Shown: positions 26,701 through 39,358 of the stretch, piece after piece
How the letters are laid out: the number at the start of each line of letters is the position of its first letter
Position numbering within the stretch: position 1 is the first letter of the stretch
From: Catajapyx aquilonaris
Lineage: Eukaryota
Assembly (NCBI GenBank): GCA_000934665.2
Contig: KZ538014.1
Span: 62,001-126,000, forward strand
Reading direction: 5' to 3'
DNA: 64,000 nt
The notes under the pieces: model-generated
Database searches by the model: none
The model's input: only the letters and a program-made list of their open reading frames with translations
What the model was told of the DNA's origin: nothing
Made by a program: the position numbers and the translations under genes

Positions 26701-29700
26701 CAGGGGAATGACAAGATGGCAGTCACTTCGACGCCGTTTTGTAGCAATCCGCGGGTCCATATTCAAATGGATGTGTTTTAGTGTCTGTAGGAAAAGGGAT
26801 ATACCAGGGGGAGAAAATAGCCATTGACCTGACACTATTGCAGGGAGGTGTAGACTGATTTCCTGCCGAGTTGTAAATGTACAAAGTCGGTCCATTCATT
26901 GCATCCGGGTTTTGTTATAGTGACTAAACGTGTTGGAATGCAGGGGGCACGGTTTTTTGGGACTTGTTCGGGGTTTGAGTTTATCAGTGGGGGGACTCAT
27001 AGGAAAGTTGTATTGGCACCACTGAAATGGATGACTGTAATCTCGTAATAAAGCCGCCAGTTACCTTCCATTCATCAGTAGAGGCCCAGTTTCAGAGATT
27101 CGTATAAAGAGGGCCATCTTATCTACATGACATGGTACGTTCAAGTGTATGGAGATCATATATAACACTAATGAGGTTCATTTGTTCTTGGGAGTTTCTT
27201 TTACGTGTTACTTCAACTGACAAGCTAAAGTGATTGTAATATTTTTAAATCCAATGTCGTTCACTGATTTGCCCTGATTTTGTAACACCCTGTGCCACGT
27301 GCTTATACGACCACCATAAACCGGCATATTCGGCCAATATACAAAGCTACAACCCAAAAATCCAACAAAAGTGGCAATGAGGGACTCCGGTGTTTACTGG
27401 TTTGAGAATATGAAAGTTTCAATCAATTACCACCATAGCCCCTGAGTCCAAATTGAGCAGTGCTTCTCGTGGGGGTAAAATGGGCCATTCTCCACCTACC
27501 CTCCACCAGTTGGTGTACGACAAACAGATTATCTTTCAGTACCATTGAAGCTGGGTTAGGGAGGTTTGAGTGTGGGCCCATAAACATGAGATGACCAATA
27601 AAATTTCACGGGTTCCCCCCCCCCCCCCTTCCCTCTCTTTCCAACGCCTTCCTACTCCCACCTCCTTCCACTTCTGCTGGAAGACTCGTCACGAATAGGT
27701 TTCACAGTAAAACTTGATAGTGTCGGAAAAGAATCAAGTGAATAATGTATTCAGCAATCTTTCTACTCCTGGTCTCTTTTCCCTACTCGTTTTTTTTTTC
27801 TTCTGGTGGGTGGGTGTGCCACTTGTTACTCTCTCAGGAGTCGTTCTCAGTGGTGATTGTCAAACTGTCTCATTCGATTGCGCATCCAAGAACAAGTTTG
27901 GTAAGTTGGTCCCTGCGGGTGTGTAATGAGCTTCATTCTTACTCGTCAAATAAATTGTGGGACAGATTTGTTCTTTAGGGGCCTGATTTTTTTTTGCTTG
28001 AATGGACTAGTAATTGGGTGGTGGTCTATGCCTAAATAGCCACTAATAGCGCAATTTAAGCATTCAGAAGTATTTATTGTGGCGCATTTTTTTCACCTTT
28101 GGTATACAAGGTATTAGTAAACCTGCCTAATAACACCTTTTTTACGACTTTGTTGTGATGCTAAGAGGATTAGCAGTGGCAAGGAAAAGTCGAGGACCAC
28201 TTATTTACAGTATTACAAGCCTCTACTAAAAATACCTCCCCATTTTTTTTTTGCCCCCTCCCTATTTTCAGTTTCCGAGTGGACTTTAAGTTAGGTCTGA
28301 AAGTTTTCTAATCGAGTTCTTATGAGCGCGCGGAAATTTTTCGGGCATTTCGGGCGCCGTGATTGGAAGAGTTGTCCAATTACGTAGGTCCGAAAGGTCT
28401 CTTACGCAGCGGCAAATGAGAGCTCTAATGTGTGTTGGAGTAGTTGAGTGAGCTGCGGAAGTCTTACCCCAACCACACAGTGCCCAATTCCGTTAATCAG
28501 CCTCCACAGTGGTTTTATCGCCATCCCAGTTGGAAGAGTGCATTGTACCTTATACCTCCAAAATATGTGGGACAATATGAATTTATTTTTAAAACCGTAT
28601 TGTGTGACACCATTTAACACAGATGTCCTATACATATAGGACACTAATTTTGAGTCATTATGTTCATTTGCTCATAGAACGCATTTTATAAAATAATTCA
28701 TGCATATGTGGGTTTTAAAAAATGATTACGTTTAATATTTGAAACATTAAAAAAATTGTTTCCAGTGCGCATTTCAGTGATTTGTTGCAGTGGGATTATA
28801 AGACACCTAGTGGACAATTCTCATTAGCCTAAGGCAGAGGCAGGCGGCAGGAAGATTGGGAGGGAGTTTCCCTATCTCGCCTACAAAATCCTCCAGTTTC
28901 TTCTACCAGGACAAGCTCATTATGATCCCCGGCGGCCACTTTGAGAAAATTATAATTGCATAATGTCGGCATAGCAAACAGTTTATACTTTCATAATACA
29001 GAGTATTATATCCGAATTAGCAGCCCTGGCACTTAGGCGAAGCGCTTCTCCAGGCAGTGTCGTCGTATGTCACCAGCCCGTGTTCCTAACTTGTAAGCTA
29101 ATGCCGACTGTACAATGCATATAAAAGGCACATGCGAATTATACGGGCTCTGGTATGGCTCGCATTATTGTTGGTACTAGTTGCCGGAAATCAGATTTGT
29201 TTAGTTGCGCATTCAAAAATTAGTTATTATTTTCAATTCAAAAAAAAACATTGTTATGCAACATTTTAAATATTTTCAAATTTGGTAAAGTTTCACTTCA
29301 TGCGGTTAAATATAACCAATAAACTGTGATTTGTAACCATTAGTAGGGGTTGACTGCACAAAGCAAAATACATGTCACACCAAAATAATATTTTTCTTTC
29401 AGAGTGACATCGTGTGGCTTCCAAAATAATTAAAGCCTCTGATCGACCATGGAAGGCAGTAGTTCATGTAAGTAGCTAATCATTTTGTATTGGTGTGGAT
29501 CACGCGACCACACGTCCGATTGGGAAAGTAGTCCAAATATTGCCCGCTGTGGAATAGAAAAACCTGAGTGTCCAAGTTGGAAGGTGGCTCCATCTTAGTG
29601 GCACCAAAATTTGATATTGATCCTTACAACGAAGACACCTTGCTCACACCCTCCCTTTCGACCTGTCCTCCCCATTACTTTTTTCAACTTTTTGTTATTT

Positions 29701-29900
29701 CAAATCGCATAATATTATGCAACAATGAGGCTGAATGGAAGAACCTGGCAAATTGCCTGAAAAGCAAGCCTTAACTATGATGACTAAAATAATCAAAATA
29801 GCAATATTAGTTTATATCATAGCATATACTAATAGCTGTAATACGGTAACAATATTGTTTCCAAACAAAGCATGCTTATGCATCATCATCTAACTAATTA

Positions 29901-30225
29901 CAGTCAGCCCTCGGTTACCCGCAGTTTAAAAAGATTACAAAATCGTTAAATAAAAGCATCTAATTTCAAAAATTCAGCACACGTATCGTACTTTTGTAAC
30001 AGTATACAGTTATTGCTTTTGTTGATGTCTGAATGTCATTCGTAAATTAAACTGAGTCATTGGTATGTACATTTTATTACAGTACTGTATAGTATTATAT
30101 AACTTATAGTTATAACTGATATTTATAGCTAATTGTTTTTGTTGGTGTCTTAGCGTGCATATTTGTAGATTAAACTTATCTGAATATATGTTTCAAGAAC
30201 TACCACTGATAACCGGGGCCGACTG
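29901..30225. mobile_element. pogo/Tigger-like MITE
   Basis: TA-CAGTCAGCCCTCGGTTA ... TAACCGGGGCCGACTG-TA. Confidence 0.75.
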
Positions 30226-31798
30226 TACATTTAATGACCCTTTACCTTTTTGCATGATTTTATGCAGCATCATTTACGTGCATACGAAGCACACCCTTCG
30301 ATCATTAGGGCTATACAGTATATGCATCGAAAAACTCCTTGACATACACCAAAAAATATAACGCTTGATCAAACAACCCGCCGCTATTCCGGAAACTAAA
30401 AAAATCTCCGACAACGATTTGGCGGATCGTAGCAATTTCCTATATAACCAAGGCTCTATTCATACATTGTCATTCCTCAGCTGCTGCAAAACGGTCTCAT
30501 TATAGGAGCTTAAACAGGATCTAAATTGATCAGTGCCATAAGGAAAAGAGCTGGAAGTGCTCTTTCACATTTCCTAGCTCCCATGTTCTATATCCGCCCA
30601 CCCTTCCGTCCCCTCGCCTATTTTTTTTTTTTTTTAAGTTGTTTTAGCCAACGGAGAGTAGAAGAAGAGATTACTACAGTAAGCTTGATTAAAATTCTTA
30701 CGCTAATCGTACCGCTGGGAATCCCTAACTAGCCGTAACTTGGAATTGTTTATTGTAAGATAAGCCGTATTTGAGGATAGTTGGGTTTAAAAGCATCATA
30801 AAGAAACGCTCCGGTCGAGAAGAATATTGGAGAGATTTCTCGACTCCGAGGCGGTGAATAAAGTTTGCATAAAAAGGAGCGGATGCGGAAGAAAAGGCAG
30901 CACAAAATGGGGAAACGACGCTCGTACCGGATTAAGCGCAACTTTTACCTGCTCCAAGCACAAGCGAGATCTTGTCGTGGCAAAATGAGCGGGAATTGCT
31001 CACTCTCCAAAATGTCCAGGGAAATCCTATTTCACACTCCAAAAGTTCTCGATATATATATTTTTTTTCACAAATTTTGCTTGCGAGCCTTAAAAATTTG
31101 TGTGCACTTACCGAAGTCTAGGACGGAAAGTTGTCACCTCCAGACACATGTCGAACCAGAACTTATGGACCACTGAAGCCACTTTGAACCTAACAAGACC
31201 TTTCTCTGAAAAAAACTGCGCTGGATTGGTGGATTCCATCCCTTTCCCCTTTCCCTGTTTATAACCCTTTTATTATTTATTGTTGCTGCTTCTGGTGGGT
31301 GAAGGGAAGACCTCTTCTTGTTGCGGCCATAATCTGGGGTGGGCTCCTCAAGACCTTGACTAAAAGAAGTGGCCCAAATTTGAGGAAGGGGTTAGGTTAG
31401 TTCTAAGACGGAGAGTGAAAGCCTGGAAGAAGAAACCCTCAACATGTTAACCAGGGTCGTAAAAGTGGCTGACAAAGAGGTATTTTAAAGCCAAAGGCAG
31501 AGTATTGCATGTGTTTCTTTATTTAATTATAATAGAATTTCACGTATTTTTCTGATGTTGATTGCATGGGTGCATTGCAGCATGGTCCTATCTGAAATGA
31601 AAAATATTTGTATTAGCCAGTACGGGTTAGTGATGTATCGGCAATTGTCCGGTATATGTGCGTAATTATGTGAAATCAACAGTTACAAGTTGTCCAGAAG
31701 GGAGCATGAGCATAACCGATGCAAGTGAGCAACTAGTGGAAGAAGGTCCGTCCATATAGCTGCCTCTTCCGCTTCAGGACGACTGCCGTTGAGTCTGT

Positions 31799-31873
31799 TC
31801 CCTCCTGTTACGTATACTGAAGGTATACCGGAAATAAATGCACTCAGGATACATTCAGTATACGTCCAGGGGG
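31799..31873 (-). ncRNA. mir-iab-4: pre-miR-iab-4 hairpin (5p = revcomp 31844-31865; 3p = revcomp 31807-31830)
   Basis: Minus strand reads ACGTATACTGAATGTATCCTGA-GTGCATTTATTTC-CGGTATACCTTCAGTATACGTAAC, matching the mature miR-iab-4-5p and -3p sequences as I recall them; basal stem CCCTCCTG/CAGGGGG closes the hairpin. Confidence 0.97.
31799..31873 (+). ncRNA. mir-iab-8: pre-miR-iab-8 (iab-4 antisense) hairpin; 5p = 31808-31830
   Basis: Plus strand 31808-31830 TTACGTATACTGAAGGTATACCG matches miR-iab-8-5p as I recall it; it is the same hairpin read on the opposite strand. Expression of this strand in this species is inferred from conservation. Confidence 0.93.
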
Positions 31874-34800
31874 TGCTAACAACGCTCGACGAGATGCTCG
31901 GACCTTCAAAGTGGAGCGCAGTCGACTTAAAATTTCTTCTGCATGAAAATATTTGTGTCCACTCTTTCTATCCCCTTAAATTCTATGGGTTTTGCCTGAT
32001 TTGGACTAGGGGTGAGTAGCACACTTCTAATCAGCGTCACTACTCTTAACTATGCAGTAACATCCTGTCTCCCTCTTCCATTTCAGCCAGAGATGAACCA
32101 GATCTGTGCCAAGGTCAACCAGAAGGAAATTCCCCTCTCTTGTATCTTCCCCAACTTTTTTAGGACAGGACCTTGAGCACCAAAATGGTGGGTGTCCATC
32201 CCCTTCTTCCAGGACAGTCCTTCCGAGAAAAGCCAATCGGGGGCCATCGAGGATGGCTTCCGAGAAGCGACACTCTTGCTAGTGTCTCGCCCTGCCATTT
32301 ATGGCCTTATCTGTCCTTTATATTTGGGGGGGACCCCACCACCTTTGAGAATGGTCCAAAAAAGAGACGCGCTTTTTTCAGGCCTAATTTTGAGTACGAT
32401 TGAACTTGTGTATCCGGATGGAAGAGAAGCAAAATAAAAATGTTATCAACTATCTATATGATTATTTTGAATTTGCGGAAGCGAAAGTGTCACGATCAAA
32501 TTTTGTTTAATTTGAAAATTCATGCAGTAAAAATATGCCAAAAGTAAAAAAAACTAAGTGTTTCTGCCAACACCTTTCAGCCTTTTATGCTTGGGCAAGT
32601 GGATTTTTTTATCGCACTTCCACTGTAAAATGGGGCACAACTCATGCACTACCACGTCAGTGTAAACAAGTAACATGGCACTAGCCACATACATTCCGTA
32701 AAAAGAATTTGGTTCAAGTGCAGCAGGCAATGTTGCATAACTTCTCATTGGACTGATGCTGACTGCACGTTATTTGAATCATTAATTTAGACGTGTGACA
32801 TGCCTCATCGAGTGTTTCGATATGTTTTTTTTTCTTCAAATTAATTGAAATGCATGTCACTATAAAATATTTTAGATCGTTTCCCATAATAATTACAGAG
32901 ACACGGAACTTCCCTCATAATAGTGCAGACTAACGACATCATAGTATATGTCATACTTAACCGTTGGCGTACAGTAATTACCAATACTGCAACAATTTTT
33001 CAATACGACTCAGGAACAGTCCATGTCCGCACATCGTAGCCATCACAGCGTTGAAGCTGAAACAAGAAGCAAAGTATGAATGAACAACAGCACATGTCAT
33101 AAAAGCAGCACATAAACATGCCCAGCCAACCGCACCATTTGACACCCAAAGTGGCCATTACTCTGTAAGTGCCATTTTGCTGCCTAGGCTTATCATCTGT
33201 TGTTCTGAATTGTACCTTGCGCCTTGGTCTGGTCACGTGGTGCTAAGCAGGCAAGGCCCCTGATCAAAGTCCGACTTCTGGACTCATTGGCTGGAGTAGT
33301 GTCGTGTAAAGCAGTACCTGAACAAAAGTGTGTCGCATTATATGAAAGATGGAGTACAGTGTGTGTGTACAGGAAGCAATGTCGCCAACAAGGTGAGTGT
33401 GACTTCAAATGTAGGTGTGGGACATGATTCGTGGAGTGAGTGTCGCAGGCAAGCTTGTAGGTGTGGAGTAGTACCCTAGGGTATGTCATGACACAGAGTT
33501 TTGTGAAGATAACCTCCCCGCAGGACACATTCCCTCGCAATAGAACAAACCGCAACGTGGGTAAACTTGGCTGACCGCCTCAATTTTCTTGCTCGGTCGA
33601 TTCAGCCCGTGGGAGCATGTGATTGTCCTCTAGGTGGTCACCATTCATGACCTGGTATCATTAATCGTGAGGAAGACGAGCCATGTCAAGGGAGCTAGGG
33701 ATGTCAACAAGGGAGATATATTTTCGTCTCGCCTCCCTTTTCTCTCCCGCTCTTTTGTAATATGATATTTTCCTGGAATGGGAGAGGGCACTGGAATGAC
33801 CTTTGAAATCTCCTCAGCATATTTACGCCGCCACCTATAGGTGCCTGCAGACATAAAAATAATTGGACAACACCTAACGCGACTTTTGAGGAATGAAAAG
33901 TGCCCAATGTGGACCCACATTCTTAAAATATCGTCAACCTTAGTAACCATATTCAGAGCCGCCAGCTGAATGCATGCCTTGTTTAACATAATTATTACAG
34001 TAATGTTGGGCTGTTGCGGTATAGTTTCATTATTGTGTTTCGGATGTTCTTATGCCATCCAAGCAGTTGGATTGTTCTTCCATAAAAAGTGAATTTACCT
34101 GCATTTGCTTGACTCACGTTTTTGCTGATATGTGAGACCGGTTTACCACGCCCAGAAACACAAGACTGCAATATCACATCCTGTGTGGGTCTAACTAATG
34201 CATGACAAGATCCCGTAAGTTTAGAAGACGTTACACATCACTCTGAAAAGCCTTGTAACCTCACACTGAGTACATCAAAAATAATGCAAGCAACAAAACA
34301 TACATGGGAAATATTTCGCATGCTAATTTCTCCCAACATGCATTAACGCCATTGTTCTTGCTAATAGGCATTATTAACCTTCAGTTGATCCGAACATATA
34401 AAGGTACCAAGAATGTGACATGTTGCGGACACACATATCACGTGACGTCACAAACCTGAACCGAGCAACGCGTGGCTACTTGAGAAGCCTGTGGGCTCAG
34501 CATTTTTACACCCAGTTCACGACCTAAACATGAACCGAGCGAGGAATTCTTGCGCCATGTGAATGGCCCTGAAGAATACAAGGACACATACTGACCTCAA
34601 TGTACGCGGAGCATCGGTGGCTCTCATTAATTTTCACTATTTAAATGCATGTAGGATAACTCTGTATTGCGTAAATGGGTTCGGTCATTGGCGTTCGATG
34701 CCAATTGTTCTAATGGGACATTACAAATCGGAAATTGATTGGAATTCGGATCATGGATATATTATTCAATTCTGCATAATTCTTGTATAAGTAGCTGATA

Positions 34801-35347
34801 TTTTGGATAAAAGGTACAACTATGCCAAAGTACCTACTTAATCATAAACAATTAAGTGCAAAAAAATTGCTAACTTTAAATTGGATCACACTGGCTACTG
34901 TTCAAATGAAATGTTCAACTAATACGTTCAAAGGAATAGAACTTCTTCTAATTTTATTCACAAAAAAGTGTAAATGGACTCGCAGACTGCCCAATAAATC
35001 ATACCAATCATACTCATTGCCCCAAAATTATTATGTAGGCTACAACTGGATCTGACTTCCATCAATAAAGTGTCATCGTAATGTCACATCAATCTTAGTA
35101 ACAAGTAGTATCACCGAGTAAGAGCAAACTGACGCCCGATTTTCATAATTATAGAGTTCATAATATTTAATCTGGTCGTAGGCCTAAATCGTCACCTGTT
35201 GACGAAGGGCACCTCAATTACATAATTTACATAATATTACATCACACAAGGAATTCTTTTTGATGGCTGATAACTTGTAGAGCCAGGATACATTTGTCCG
35301 AAACTTTTTTGCCACATAGCTTGATGGAATTTACTTACTACTGTTTT

Positions 35348-35942
35348 CAGAGTGGATCAGAAGTCGGTAGCTATTTTTTCTTTCCAAATAACTTTCCAAC
35401 GGGTACACATACGGAAGTCATACATGATTTAAAATGTGCGGGAATTCATAAGAATTTATATGGGTGACATTTTGCTACTGCCGCACTGCTAGCGAGCGCA
35501 GCTTTACACTTCTTTCGCGGTGGCGCTGTTAGCGGGTGCAGGTTGACACTTCTTGCAGTGGTGGCGCTGATAACGGGGACAGCTGTGAACATGTCGGACC
35601 ACCTCTCTCGCTCTCTGTGATATCACAGACCAGCCCCCGAACACTCCGACCCCATTCGTATGTCACATACAGGTGTTCCGACATTTTGTTCACAGCTGCC
35701 CCCGTTATCAGCGCCACCACGGCAAGAAGTGTCAACCTGCGCCCGATAACAGCGCCACCGCGGAAGAAGTGTAAAGCTGCAATCGCTAGCAGTGCCGCAG
35801 TAGCAAAGTGTCACCCAGATAAATTCTTATGAATTCCCTCACATTTTGAATCATGTTTGACTTCCGTAGGTGTACCCGTTGGAAAGTTATTTGGAAATCT
35901 AAATTTTTATTTCGGTACGGTACCGACTTCTGATACACCCTG
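35348..35942. mobile_element. Tc1/mariner-type foldback MITE (~250-bp arms)
   Basis: Ends CAGAGTGGATCAGAAGTCGGTA / TACCGACTTCTGATACACCCTG-TA; long diverged inverted arms around ~35600-35670. Confidence 0.85.
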
Positions 35943-36181
35943 TAGTAACTGCACTGTTTAAAGCAAGTTCGGCTCCAATAATGTACGAAGATCATAGCAC
36001 GTTAATTTTCAGTTTGTGACACTCAGAGTTGAGAATGGAATGTATTCCGTGATGGTTATACTTCCAAGGTGGTTGGGGTGGTATTACCCGCAAATCGTTC
36101 CCTATTTTAAATGGTTAAGTTATCAAAAAAAACGTTTGACAAGCTGATATATGCATATAAAACCAACTCTACGGGGATTTA

Positions 36182-36302
36182 AGCCACGTTTACATGTGAG
36201 CGATTTGATCAGCGATGTTGCAGCGATGACATAGCTGAGCGAGAGTAACAATCGTGGTAACAATATATTTTCGCCCCAAATCGCTCGCGTGTAAACGCGG
36301 CT
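36182..36302. mobile_element. PIF/Harbinger-like MITE
   Basis: TIR AGCCACGTTTACATGTGAGCGATTT / AAATCGCTCGCGTGTAAACGCGGCT, TTA/CTA flanks. Confidence 0.7.
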
Positions 36303-36382
36303 CTATGCTGCTTGGAAATACGAGGAACCTGGAACAAACCTGGAACGACGCTTGGAACAACCATTAATATGTTTAGTATATA

Positions 36383-36595
36383 CAGGGTGTCTCAACTTTT
36401 TTGTCCGAACAGTTATCGGAAAAGCCTATGTATCTTCTAGCTTTGTATAGTCAGATTATGCCACAACATTCCTGGCACATCCCTCAACTGATAAAGCCAG
36501 GGAAGCATCACTGGTTGCAAGTCACTGGCTAAAAAATAAGCAGCTAAGTGCAATATTTCCGATAATTGTTCGGACAAAAAAGTTTAGACACCCTG
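36383..36595. mobile_element. Tc1/mariner-type MITE
   Basis: TA-CAGGGTGTCTCAACTTTTTTGTCCGAACA ... TGTTCGGACAAAAAAGTTTAGACACCCTG-TA. Confidence 0.85.
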
Positions 36596-37010
36596 TATAA
36601 TTATGGGTATTAATGGGTAATCAAATTCTACCATTCTAATTTACACAACAAAAGTTATTTCATGACAATATATAGAGCAATATTTGTCAAAGTTATTATA
36701 TCTTTATCATAGGGAGTTACTTTCGGCCCAAATGCATATGAGTCTGTCGACAGCATTCCCAAACGCCTACAGACAAATTCTCCCATTGCAAGTTAACAAA
36801 AATAAAGCTCGTTTCATGACAAGCAATATTTGACAACGTTATTACAGCATGCTAATATAGGGAGTTACTTTCCGTCCACCCTGTATATGTAATTAATTCA
36901 GCAGTGTATAATAGTACTGAGGTCACAAGCCTTTTATATCAAACTCGCGCGCCATTGCGGGCCTCCAGGTGTCAGCATCAGGGATGGGCAAGATGTATTT
37001 TGTATATGTA

Positions 37011-38043
37011 GTGTATCGGCGACACGGAGATAATTTATTGCATTGATTACCCACATGAATGCTGATGAACACCCTATTTGTTATTTGTTACCCCAACCCC
37101 CAAATCAATCATCGCATTCGTATAGCTATACATGTAGTCTACTGTAGTATTATAGTATTTATAGTATAGCTACTGACGCGTGACGCCACAAGCTTATCAT
37201 TGTCAGTTGCATTGTCCCACTAACGTCGACAAATATTCAGACTGCCCAATGCGTTACAGTCTGAACACGGCAAAATCCGTAAATGCGTTTTTTTTTCATC
37301 TATTGCCACAGACGAGTAGGTTGACAATGGTCTACAAGCAACGGTCTAAACTGCCTAACCGGTAATGACCGGTTAAAACAACCGACAAGTAGTTGAGACA
37401 GATATTATATATTTGAAATTAATAATCATAATCATCATCAAAATAATGTGGTTTATCCACATTACATACTACAGGGTCATACAGCCCTGTGGTTTGCAGT
37501 GTGCACACGTCACACATCTGGCGCACCTCTGGCTCATTTGAGCAAGGAGTGCGCCAGATTTATGGCGTAGTGCACCACACTGCACACCACAGGGCTGTAC
37601 GACCCTGTAGTATGTAATGTGGATAAACCACATTTGATGATGATTATGATTATTAATTTAAAATATATAATATCTGTCTCAACTACTTGTCGGTTGTTTT
37701 AACCGGTCATTACCGGTTAGGCAGTTTAGACCGTTGCTTGTAGACCATTGTCAACCTACTCGTCTGTGGCATTCGATGAAATAGATCCATTTACGAATTC
37801 AGAAGATGTTCAGACTACAGGTATTTGGCAGTCTGAATGGGGATGCGATGCGAGTGGGACAATGTAACTATTAATAATAGTCTTATTGTAATGTCAGTAT
37901 TTACTATAAAATACTATAGGGCCTACAACTTACGTATATACGAATGTGATCACTGATTTGGGGATTGGAGTAACTAACAAATAGGGGTGTTCCTCAGCAT
38001 TCATGTGGGTGATCAATGCAATTATCTGCGTGTCGCGGACACA
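37011..38043. repeat. ~1-kb inverted repeat (foldback element) centred near 37535
   Basis: 37304-37503 is nearly the exact reverse complement of ~37576-37771; outer arms 37011-37303 / 37772-38043 align with many mismatches. Confidence 0.92.
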
Positions 38044-38234
38044 GGCAAAATCAACTATAGTGTAATATCGTCATATAGTAACACAATTATTAAAAGTATG
38101 AGCGCCAAAGTTTTACATCATCGCGCATAAGTCATAGATAAATTGACAAAGGGGAAGACGGCTAAAAAAAAGTATGGTCTATAGTAATTTTCGACACATC
38201 AAGAAAATATAATTATTGGCCCATCATATAGATA

Positions 38235-39152
38235 CGAGGTGTGATCAAAAAGTTCCCGGACTGTCCATATACCGTGCAAACCAGTGGAGCTACGAACTTG
38301 TGACGTTAGGGGGCGCTAGGTGCACCTTTCATCTATTAGTCTGAAAAATCTCGTCTTCATAGGTGCACATGTTTCCGAGTTTCGGCAGTTTTCTTGACAC
38401 CGTGTTGTTGTGCTTCTGCGATTTTTCGAAATGGCTGACGTTAGGGAGCAAAAGATTTGCATTAAATTTTGCTTCTAGCTCAACAAAACTTCGGATGCAA
38501 CCTACCGAATGCTGAACAAGGCTTTTGATGAACAAGTTGTAAGACAAGCAATAACATATGAGTGGTTTAACAGCTTCAAAGGTGGCTCGCCAAGTGCGCG
38601 GCAAAATCAACTCAATGCTGATCATTTCCTTTGACATTTTAGGAATTGTGCATATGGAGTTTCTCCCTCCTGGTAAAACTGTCAACGGCAAGTCTTACTG
38701 CGATGGTTTGAGACGATTTAGGCTCAATTGGCCGGGGACATGGAAGAACAGAGACTGGTTGCTGGCTTGCTGCACCATGACAATGCCGCCTGCACACACC
38801 TCACGCGTAGTCAGGGACTTCCTGATAAAAAATAACATGACCACTGTTCCCCACCCTGACTGTTCGTTTGTCCTGGCACCACGTGATTTCAACCTCTTCC
38901 CTAAAATGAAATTTGGGTAGAAAAGGAGGCATTTTGACTCCACTAATGAGGTCTAAGCAAAATCGCAGCAGGTGTTGAACACACTACTGTTGACCAATTT
39001 TTTTTTTGGTGCTTCCAAAAATGGGAAATTCGCTGGAATTGTTGTATACGTGCCCAAGGTGACTACTTTGAAGGTGGCAGTGGAAATTAGAACTTAAAGT
39101 AAATATTAATGTTTTTATGAACACAGTCCGGGAACTTTTTGATCACACCTCG
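38235..39152 (+). mobile_element. Mariner (Tc1/mariner) transposon, internally deleted, non-autonomous, 918 bp
   Basis: Perfect ~30-bp TIRs CGAGGTGTGATCAAAAAGTTCCCGGACTGT at both ends, flanked by TA; contains a decayed transposase. Confidence 0.95.
38431..39090 (+). pseudogene. Mariner transposase pseudogene (stops, frameshifts, large internal deletion)
   Basis: MADVREQKICIKFCF* N-terminus; ...SMLIISFDILGIVHMEFLPPGKTVN...; LHHDNA in a shifted frame, then PAH; PHPDCSFVLAPRDFNLFPKMK (decayed YSPDLAP motif); ends GDYFEG. Confidence 0.92.
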
Positions 39153-39291
39153 TATATACTATATAGGCATGGGTGGAATGCTTTCAATCCGCTCTGCTTA
39201 ACTTAGACTGCGACAATGCAACGCCCAACAATAACTGCGATTTTAAATTCTTGCATATTTACTACCCTCAGAAGCATACAAATGGGGGACC

Positions 39292-39356
<65 letters not shown>
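39292..39356. repeat. (ATT)n microsatellite
   Basis: Direct reading. Confidence 0.95.

Positions 39357-39358
<2 letters not shown>

Noticed and set aside
36640..36885. Diverged direct repeat (ATAGGGAGTTACTTTC twice) as a CRISPR-like array
   Set aside because: Only two units, eukaryotic context, and it ends in a CACCCTGTA MITE terminus; most likely a TE subterminal repeat.
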